A DNA stretch of 45,904 bases from Clostridia bacterium. Lineage in GTDB: Bacteria > Bacillota > Clostridia > Oscillospirales > CAG-272. A program made the translations under genes and the position numbers. Positions 16,601-24,900 of this stretch are shown here, in pieces; within the stretch, counting starts at the first letter, position 1, and each line of letters starts with the position of its first letter. The stretch covers positions 1-45,904 of the forward strand of contig JAFTCY010000130.1 in the NCBI GenBank assembly GCA_017454465.1, given 5' to 3'. The notes under the pieces were generated by a model that saw only the letters and a program-made list of their open reading frames with translations, had not been told where the DNA came from and made no database searches.

Positions 16601-18980
16601 CAGCAAGACCTTCCATAACGGCGACGACGACAGCTTCGAATTCACATATCATGACGATGTCACAGACGCCGACTTCACCATAAGAGGCAAGCTCTCGGAT
16701 TACGGAGTCATTCTGGTGGCGCCTGAAGAACCGGTGGCTGACACGACAGCCCCCGTTATAAAGAACGTATCCATCTGGAAACAGATCGGTCCCAGCTTCA
16801 AGCAGGCCGAAGCGTTCACCGGAAACTTCACCGAAGCCCAGATCGCGGAAACATTCAGCGAGAACAGGACCGGCTGGGCAAGGGGATATGATCTGGTGCT
16901 CAGCGTTTCCGACGAGTCCAAATGGAAACTGGTCCTCTGCTCATCCGAGCCGGCGGCTTTGAGTTACACTTCAGAAAACGCCTCCATCCCCGGAGTAAGT
17001 GTCCAGGGCAACAGCGTTCTGGTCACTCCCGAGCTGACATCCGGCGAGTTCTGGATCGCGGCGGTGGATGAGAGCGGAAACTTCTCCTACATGAGGTTCA
17101 GCAGCAGCTGGTTCCATTTGGATGGCGGAGTTCCCGTGATCGAGAGCTCCGTGCCCGATCTGACGAATCTGTATGAAGCCACTGTATATATAAAGGTAAC
17201 GGACGACCACAGCGGCGCCGACCAGATCACGGTGACCGGGGAAGGCCTGGAAGCCAACACCGGCTCCAACAGCGCTGAATACCCGTACCTGATCCGCTTC
17301 ACGAAGAACACGACAGGCGAAGGCATACCGGTATCCGCGACAGACGCTGTCGGCAATACATCCATCAAATACATCACTGTAAGCGGAATAGACGAGACAG
17401 CCTCAGAGCTTACAGTCACCTGGACTCCGTGCTTCCGCAGTGAAGTAACGGGAGTCCTGGACGAGACCTCCCCGACTGAAGGGCCGGTCAATACAAGCAT
17501 AATAGCCCATATAACCAGCAGCAAACCCATTTCCGATGTGAGCGGCACGGTGACAGTCTCCAACCCTGATTACTCCTACTCCTCTCAGTCAAATATTGAC
17601 AGAGATGACCCCTGGGCTGAGTACGCGTACTACAGCAGGACAGACTGGACCGTTGACGTCTACTTCACAAACAGCTTTGCCTACGTCGACAGCGGATCGT
17701 GGTCATGGATCCCGGTCCCGGTGGCTCTTGACGCAGTCATTACGGTAACGGCTCCCAACGGAGCAGAAAGCAGCTGCACGCTGCACTTAAGCCCCGGCGC
17801 CATCGACACCATGCCTCCGGACATAGCAGACGGCAATATCGAGTACCTCCACCGTCTGGATGACAACGGTGATCCGTATCCGGTGGCCTACGGCTTCGAA
17901 GTCGAACTGAAGTTCGACGAGGACGCATACCTGGTGAGCGGAGATTTCGCGGATCCAGGAAAGCTGATCAAGAAAGGCGAGGTATTCTCATATACCTCAT
18001 ATGAGAACCGTGACTATTCTGCAGTCGCCATGGACAAGGCCGGGAACCGCAGCCAAAACGGAGGAGGATATTTCTTCCCGAACGTATTGCAGCTCTCGCC
18101 TCCCGCGGACCAGCAGGATCCGGTGGACGGAGTCGCCCCGGCACTAAGCGTCATAGATGAAAAAGACCTGCCTCTGTTTACGGCAAACCCCGTGACGGTC
18201 AACATCCGCATCGACGATAACGGAGACATCTTCTCCGCCGCGGTAGACGACACGGCCCATGCAACCATAGGCAGCATCACCGAAGAGACCGACGGAAACG
18301 GAGTTCAGTACCGCAAGCTCCCGGTGACGGTGTCGGTCAACGGCAACTATACTCTGACTGTCATAGACACTGCCGGGAACGAGAGCAAGATCACATTCGC
18401 GATCAGCAGCATAGATCTTACGCTTCCCACCGTGCGCTTCGCCACATCCACTGTGTCGCTGCGCCAGGACAGCACGCAGGCAGCGCTCAGAGCTCTGCTG
18501 GACTATGATCCCAGCGTCGTATTCCTCTGGGACAACGTAGACAGTCTTTCCGACCTCGTCACGACACTCACGTACGATGATTCCGGCGTGGACCTTACCG
18601 AACCCGGCATCTACGAAGTCACCTACACAGTGACGGATTCCACGGGACACGACGGAACGGCAACACGCTACGTCCGGGTGATCAGCAAGCTGCTGCCAGA
18701 GATCAAGATCGACGGCATACTGACAGAATACAACGGCACTCTGGGCATGAAGCCCGGGACCCACACCATTGAGATCGGAAACCTCGGAATCGCCAACGAG
18801 CCGTACAAGATCAAGCTCATAAGAGGAATCTGGTCAGTCGGACAGATGAAGTACGTCAACGAAAGCGTCGCTGTCAACGATGACGGAACATTCACGCTCA
18901 CCGGCGAAGGGTTCTACACTCTGTATATCCTTACACAGTCCAGAGTAGGCTACATAACAACGATTTACGTAGAGAACTGA
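10608..18980 (+). CDS. giant secreted protein with tandem Ig-like modules (2790 aa)
   Basis: AAGGAGG SD; Sec signal peptide; ~12 'D.xGN' strand ends and 'D.t.P' linkers; a DUF5011/HYR-like module near the C-terminus (VDLTEPGIYEVTYTVTDSTGH); no anchor motif seen. Confidence 0.85.
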   Translation: MKARRLIPVMLALCIVAALIPALATGARAAANDPTYIKYGYPEVAVLNGATGGNTDFYTGILKDSKYNAVEAGKFGNLRYKTEVGKNSSYTWSGFWNTNLALLSDQTDELRVNYSATLRNYFHEHSWGFLGWYSQKVTGRMTTSLSFTPEKSGGKYYYAVQLGDGSSTENVRKNNMKYTELPPVLNGNKTIWQSINGEHTWDFRRSDAILSFSNMSTLYDSGNKTCTCGGYVSGCFVGFYDGQSPTVRKVETRRNGAACTDFKPGDDIEIVLQFSEPVRFADDSASGKGEVYIALLVNGSTTPLYAQLTKLESSGYYSYDPYTHTRHDAAYEATFVYHVPSDFTGLKNITALDLSKAPSGKSALVHTTADLSLVQVRSGGNFTVSKPSSATNRNGFDRATSYITDIAGNSLVNGKPATNFSIDAEKPFVAKVVIDADMKNSSIKDYKRSQGIAEDSPFWADLSDSNLGVNDTFLIKVYMNEVINYSSYSNVATVTTNLLDSSDNPVTVTMRALGTVSADSVGTQYGLGASNGRVTLLESNTRTVMQPGMHLADGATSLKVTSITYQSNTTDHSGNQALENQHLNSAHKDKLSPVQTYSVDTDGPTVTVDPAIQNGVNSIITVPFTVTDGADGSGTRDMVGRISFKDPGKTTPTVECAVSIYAAPPTDNSAWVTVKSGEDYSFRETETVQYLHIRMIDGEFYNFGGLTVDFVLSDYAGNSVKRTERVDGVSFDTLGPYLTQSSPSRQYDNLNTRGVITVPVQADDPSGIYSFFYLWADDPEIVYSSTSDEWLPVPGFTQGQTAARCDLTVYVPDQTNFAKTLWLKAVDPVGNETIQQKSRCYYNLQSIKYALSYPTEVVESPYLQVTELNTSKNADDSYDILLFDIQKGDDPHHYLLWYTGSGQNGTGYRTPAGSYDSRFDNILYRYAWFEAVTGGDNPVPFGTRNDDGNLQFGTADHPLVFDNTATQPYLDMVTIMSTTDDRVQAWGKLSGSDWGLEFNGELHVTVYSGTTDSIKVTVSADKPWQGDDPDLCYATVSGAADKEEFTIRVMPMTNRDTDLIWQITADEGIFTYHNTSIHNDYEYGYDYYGNDPETYGTNTLNHTLGGYQVTFSIQDKRGWDLEDIDWSNSFIALGVPSGQVRFPSTINRKVNGHTDNQINDYGPISDYIPYKLCPIGSGATQTITLPYESDLYKTGNYDREGFGLVLARYSVPEYPYYIPIGEEYKQFMMDLTEPGTLEPGLLSYRPIIDYFNVVINHEDVDYVNHEFEFSTAFPAQLINYDPADVIYVPASGAVSMMFQVLDANGDPAKDNWLDTHFGLYDVVAWNVSDPDNITHLNQSVIRYDSTDPDAMRGYFEYCFTADDDGNVTELKYAAQDYGQYCLNFTIDGQRTLRSYSSDDDDIEIESGKDNLIAVQVKYYNGKSSDPVYLTIHPVSITGVTGTVTSDPELTGWDTYESGAIVDSDITVSFTPDDGVSTAGLTFYLCKGFYQAKGKTYATLALTDPVPMEMNGDGTYTAELTPVEMGYEYSTCPDVYYSKSPSYLTHYVVCARDAVGNIVPVGGPGYALIADGDSPYIGYADGETADGRFSVKAGVTDASLFANVGKESDGTVYLVPCPISDPLTFTVTFDDEYTALLGAAETAFTFQYDPVKAYNEGNVEFESNGYNLVVTYPIPVPENPFGITSVTSVWSANWTDWVYGGVIDSGLLELTIEGILSPKLESPTDVTMYISAADPFGNTTEGTDKSAEALLENAQCATPHFVSAEYRNMGKTQYEYQGDMALYVTFSGPVKPEASWICPDPQGYSTEWADGFPIWKDGTWTITYYDVFNNKYEEEITLTDVFGIYGIELEISETAYTTDPVTISVKSDVDFFDSNVDKLMLFRMNDNPESIPSVRSEWQAQVEVTENGDYMIYNYHGSAGFYSVYSDLSAARKNSDQLIIHVKNVITGGPEETLMLFFHDRMEDFVAGSPEQPTGEVDDAVTVSYRTDRDTTPVGSAETSKTFHNGDDDSFEFTYHDDVTDADFTIRGKLSDYGVILVAPEEPVADTTAPVIKNVSIWKQIGPSFKQAEAFTGNFTEAQIAETFSENRTGWARGYDLVLSVSDESKWKLVLCSSEPAALSYTSENASIPGVSVQGNSVLVTPELTSGEFWIAAVDESGNFSYMRFSSSWFHLDGGVPVIESSVPDLTNLYEATVYIKVTDDHSGADQITVTGEGLEANTGSNSAEYPYLIRFTKNTTGEGIPVSATDAVGNTSIKYITVSGIDETASELTVTWTPCFRSEVTGVLDETSPTEGPVNTSIIAHITSSKPISDVSGTVTVSNPDYSYSSQSNIDRDDPWAEYAYYSRTDWTVDVYFTNSFAYVDSGSWSWIPVPVALDAVITVTAPNGAESSCTLHLSPGAIDTMPPDIADGNIEYLHRLDDNGDPYPVAYGFEVELKFDEDAYLVSGDFADPGKLIKKGEVFSYTSYENRDYSAVAMDKAGNRSQNGGGYFFPNVLQLSPPADQQDPVDGVAPALSVIDEKDLPLFTANPVTVNIRIDDNGDIFSAAVDDTAHATIGSITEETDGNGVQYRKLPVTVSVNGNYTLTVIDTAGNESKITFAISSIDLTLPTVRFATSTVSLRQDSTQAALRALLDYDPSVVFLWDNVDSLSDLVTTLTYDDSGVDLTEPGIYEVTYTVTDSTGHDGTATRYVRVISKLLPEIKIDGILTEYNGTLGMKPGTHTIEIGNLGIANEPYKIKLIRGIWSVGQMKYVNESVAVNDDGTFTLTGEGFYTLYILTQSRVGYITTIYVEN

Positions 18981-18993
18981 GGAGGTGACGAAA

Positions 18994-21900
18994 ATGAAAA
19001 CAACAAAACGTTTACTGAGCTTCTTCCTCTGTCTTGCACTTCTTCTTCCGATCATACCGATCGGAGTGTTCTCGGCATTCGTGCCGGTGTACTCCCTAAA
19101 CGACGGATACATCAAAGTTGATGTTTCCAGGGAAAACGGCGGCTTCCTCATTGCCACGGCAGAAGGCAACCGTCTGAAGAAATCGGACAACAACAAGAAC
19201 CTTCTGTACCACAACGGAGAATATGACACTTCATTCGTGTCCTTCCGGGTGGGAGAAGGCGGTTCCGCAAAAGAATACATATTCGGCGGAACATATCCCA
19301 CCTCCACCGGCGTCAATGTGACCCAGAGCGGCGAGAATATCGTAGCCACATGGGGCGTTGACGGGATCACGTTCACGGAAACGCTGTCCCTTGCCACGGA
19401 GAACTCCGATGAGCACGGCATGGTATCCATCAGTCTGGCTTACAGCGGGACCAGCGAGCCTGTAAAGGCCCGCGTCCTGCTGGACACCTGTCTCGGAAAC
19501 CAGGATTACGCCAATTACCAGATAAACGGCGGCACCCTGGTGAGTACCCTTCAGACTGAGCAGACACTGACGGATCCCCTGGCTATAAGCGCTTTCTACG
19601 CGGTAGATGACATCTCCGACCCCGCCATCGTGGCGCGGATGATCTCGACACCGTACCAGGTGTCCATAGGTCACTGGAACAACCTGTCATCCACCCTGTT
19701 CAATTTCGCGCCGAATACGACTCTGAACTTTACGAATACGATCAACGAGTACCTTACGGCAGACAGCGCCTGCGCGCTGTACTATGAAATGAACACGGCC
19801 AGCCCGGTAACTCTTTACTACGGCGTGTACTCAAACGCCAAGGTTGACATCAGCCAGAGCGTGGCTGTCAACACAGTATCCCCCATGAGGCTCAATCTGT
19901 CCCCGGACAAAAAGAGCTTTGTAAAAGAGGACGGCATGATAGGCTCCGCGGATTTCGCGGTGCGGATCAGCGCCGAAAACTTCGTCAGTGACACGTCGGT
20001 GGATTACCAGAACGTGATCCTGGCAATTTCCAGCACTTCCGGGCTCCGTCCTCTCGGCGAGAACGGTGAACCGGTATCAGGCATGGAATACGACAGCATC
20101 GACCCGCTCACGGTGCCGTATATAAGGTTCGACCAGAACACCACCATAGAGAAGACAGTGTACTTCCAGGCGGCTCTTCAGGCCGAAGCGTCATACGAGC
20201 GCATAACGGTGGCGGTATATAAGAACTCCCAGGGAGGAGAACTGATACAGCAGAATCTGCTGGGCCAGAAGGTAATATACATCCTTGTGCCCGGGGCTGA
20301 CGGAAACGTTCCCATGGTCCATTTCAACTCCATGAGCCCGAGCATCGTCTACTCGGAGGGAACCAGACATCTGTACGCGGCCGCCGCCAGGGCTGACCTG
20401 TTCGAGAACGCGCTGCGCTCCGGAAAATGTGAAGTGTTCGCCGTCACTGAAGACGGAAAGAAGAGCTTCAAACTCGACACGAACACCATCACGTTCAACG
20501 AGGGAGTGGCAGACCTGGTACTTGACGACAATGTCAAGCTTCCCGTCGGCAAATGCAGGATCGAACTGAGATGGACGGATGACGCCGTATCACAGAACAT
20601 CGTCACAAAACAGTTCCAGACACAGACCGCCGAAGTTCTGAAATTCACGGTCTCTGACGACCCGAAATACAGGAACGACAGCTACGGCGTCCTTGCCGCT
20701 GTCAAATACGGTGTGTTCGCCTCCACCGACGACCCGGTACGCTACGTGCTGATGGCCTTCAAGGATGAGGCTGACTTCAAGAACTTCTCTGAGAAGAAGG
20801 CCCCGTATGAAAGCGAAACGTACAAGGAGATCGTCCTTGTGTTCCGCGGCGCTTTCGTAGGAGACAAGAGATACAAGGTAACCAACAGCACGGGAGCTGT
20901 AATAGGTTACCGCTATTACACCGCGGTCAGCAAGAAGACCGTAAACAATGAAACGCGTGAGACACATGTTGACAACACCATAACAATAAACAACTGCCTT
21001 GACTTTGAAGGCGGCACCATGTCGGTATACTACGAGGACTACGCAAAGGGCGAGGCCTTCGCGAAACAGTCTGCCATCCTCTGCGAATTTGACGGCGACC
21101 TGTATACCAGCGTGGAACGCTCATCCGTATGGACCGGCAAAGCAGCCCTGACAAAACTGGAGCAGGGCAAGGATTTCGCGCTGATCACATACGACAAGAA
21201 CGGCAACCGCACCAATAAAAACTCAACTGCGGATCCTGTCACGCTTATCTGGCCTAACGTTTACGGATACGGCCAGATGCTCGCGGGCATGATCTTCAAG
21301 CTGGCGTACGGCCAGTTCGGCGTCATGAAGGACGGCAACAAGGAAATAGGCAGGGTCATCGGATTCTCCGCCTCCCTGAGCCTCAGCTTCATGAGGTCTC
21401 CTGAGGACAATGATATAGACGAAGGGACCGCAAGCTACTTCGGAAGGATGAAGGAGCTTTGGACCGACTGGAGAGGAGCAAGTATCTACCAGTACGCATA
21501 TCACGGTTCCAGATTCGAAAAGCTGACCGACCTCAAGATGAGCGACGAAGACACGTCCGGCGACAACGATAAAGGAGTGAAAGCCTCCGTCATGGTTCCG
21601 GACATCCTGTTCGGCTGCGGCGAAGGATTCATCGGCCTCAACTTCACAGTGGAAGTCGCCATCAAGAACATGATAGAGGGACTTCCCAGCATCTCCGGCA
21701 AACTCTCGATCAATACCATAAATGACTGGGCTTTCGGCCTTGAAGGCGTTATGAAGCTTACAAGCTTCAAGCTTGAAGCGAAGCTCAGCTTCAAGAGCAA
21801 AGACAATATACCGATCCCCGACGAGATCTACTTCTTCATGGGAGGATTCAAGCCGGGCATCAACCTTGACGGCGCAGGCGTCGTATGGCTCACAGGAGCC

Positions 21901-24900
21901 GGAGGCGGCGTCTCCAACATCTACGACACGATCTTCATGACCTCAGGGCTTCCGCCGCTGAAACTGATCCTGGCGGCAAGCTTCAGCATAGTCCAGATAC
22001 TGGACGGCATGTGCAAGCTGGAGCTCTCCCTGACAGGCATCAACTTCTCGGCTACCGACATAAAGATCCTTGAGACCATCACCGTTCTGAAGAGCGTGAC
22101 CCTGGGACTGCAGTGGTACCCGAAAGTCAAACTGCAGGCCTCGATCTACGTCGACATGTTCGAAAAGACGATCAGCGGCAACGGATACATAGTCCTGGAT
22201 CAGAAGGACGCCAACAAATGGGTATTCGAAATGTTTGCCCGGGCTCGCCTCTGCATCCCTGAATCCGTTCCCCTGGTGGGCGGCATGACTCTCCTCGGAG
22301 CAGATATAGGTATCGGTACCGAAAAGATCTGGGGCGCTCTCGAAGTGCTGAAGATCTCACTTGGCATCACATATTTCTGGGGAGAGAGCGGAGTACACTT
22401 CGGAACAGGCGGTGACTACGCGCAGCCCAGCTATCCTTCCCTTCTGAAGCTTCAGGGCTATGACGGAAGATGTGAAGACATCCCCATCGCCTATGATGAA
22501 AAAGAAGACCGCATGCTCTATGCCCACATAGGTACCAACTTCGATCCTCCGGAAGGCGCCCAGATACTGTCCGACGGCGAACTCAAGCTCCTGGCGGCAG
22601 GCGCAAGAGGCGTCTGGTCCACCAAGGAAAAGACGAGGCACATGTTCAACCTCGGCACCTATGATTCCGAGAACCTGTCCACCATGGTACAGGTCAACTT
22701 CCCGGCGACCAGCCTTGACGACGCAAAGGCGACCGCTCAGAACTTCTGGGTCAATTCCAAGGATGACAACACAGGCGACGCACTGCCGCTGACGTACGCA
22801 CAGATCGTGCGCGCCCAGAGAGATGACGAGACGGACGAGGCGTATGAAGCGGAGATCGCTCCCATCATCGCCGCAAACGCGGATGCCAACGCCAATATCA
22901 CCTATAACGGCGACACCGGACTCGGCACCTTCGGATTCACCCTTACGGATGCCTCACAGTTCGGCAAGGACTGGTACATATCCACCGGAACATCCCAGGC
23001 GGATGTCGTACTGTACAACGTTCACGCCCTGCCGCAACTCACCGATCTGACCATAGCTCAGGGGACAGAGGGCGGAGAAGATGTGTTCAACGTCACATGG
23101 ACGGGCATCAACACCGATGATCTGGACAAGATATCCTTCTACCTCACCGAAACAAACAATGATCCTATTGAAAAAGGCATACCCCTTGACACGCTGGATT
23201 ATGTGAGCGGAAACTCCGATTACTTTTTCATCCCGGCAGACCTTCCTACCGGAGACTATTACCTCCGGGCGGTATACAGCAAGGATGAACAGATCAACGG
23301 AGTGGTATGGAGCAGCAGCACTGTACACTATACCAACCCCAATTCACCCGCAGACATGGGAACACCTTCAGTGACCCATGCGGGAGACTATAAGTATCTC
23401 GTTTCAGTGCCGGCATCCGCCGACGCGAACACCAAGGGATATATAGTCTCGATATTCAATGAAGACGGAACCCCGACCCAGTTCACCGACATGCTCTTCG
23501 ACAAGGCCGAGACCGGAGCCACGACCTTCGAAGTAGGCGGAGTCTACACGATGACGACCCACGAGGATCCCGAAGACCCCGAGTCCGCTGTCACCACCGT
23601 AACTGTCGGACTGGAAGAAGGAAAGCATTACCGGATCTCCGTAACGCCGTACAACAGCGTTCACATAGACGATTCCACACCCGACATGCTTCTTCAGGGA
23701 ACCGGATTCAGCTACACGGACACAGCCGGTCTGCCTCACGCTGAGACACCTGATGTGACTCTCAGAAAAGGTTCTGAAGTGCTGAAGAGCGTTGCCGAAA
23801 TGGCATACGACACAGGAAATGTCCAGAACCCGGACGAGATACCCACATTCACAGGCAGCGACCTCACGTTCAATGCCGAATTCAGCGAGTATGTGACCGG
23901 CACCTGGACTCTTGACGGCAACAAGCTCTGGGATTCCACAAATCCCGACGACGCTCCTGACCTTCCCATGGGTACGTTTGCGGGAACATCAGCTGAAATA
24001 GCCCTGACAGGTCTTACCGAGGGCGGACACCAGCTGACCATCACCGGAAAGGCAGCTGACGGCGACAGCTTCGCTGCTGAGTACTCATTCAACGTGGACA
24101 CAACCGCGCCGAGGCTGCTCCTCAACAGTCCTCTCAGCGGAAGTCCCTTCAACAGTGACGGAACTGTCACGATCGCCGGCATCACCGATCCCGGAGCGAC
24201 GATCTATGTAAGCATCAACAGCGCAGCCGCCGTAAGCTTCGCCCCCGTCACAGACGCGGACGACCTGTTCACACACACGGTAGCTATTCCGGTATACAAT
24301 GACGCGTCTGTTCACAGTCTCCGCATCTGGGCAGTTGACGCAAACGGCAACTCGACCGAGCCGGCCGAGATCCAGGTGAGCCACCCGGGTCTGGGCACTA
24401 TGACCGACATAGTCATCAAGGCAGGTGACGCGATCCCCGCAGACGGAGGAATAGGCACAGAGACCGGCGTCAGCAACATGCAGCTGACTCTCATGGCAAA
24501 AACTCCTGACGGAACACAGTTTGCGCTGGATCCCGACCTGGTCCGCTGGGATGCTGTCCCGGCCGAGGGAAATGTTTCAGTCACCACGTCCGGCGTTCTG
24601 AACTGCGACCCGTTCTCTAGAGGATTCGTTCAAGCCAAATACGAAGTTTCCACCGGAGCCTACATAACATCCGTTCTTGCCCTCGGGCTTGAAGGAAACG
24701 ATGTGACGGTAACATACACCACCGGCGGAACCGCAAGCGGCGGAGGCACGTATGCCGTAGGCGAAACAGTGGAACTGACCGCAAGCCCCGCTTCCGGATA
24801 CAGACTGACCGGATGGACGCTTAACGGAGTCACGGTTTCCGATACCTCGCTTTTGACGATATCGTTCGCTATGCCGGACAACGCTGTGACCGCGCACGCG

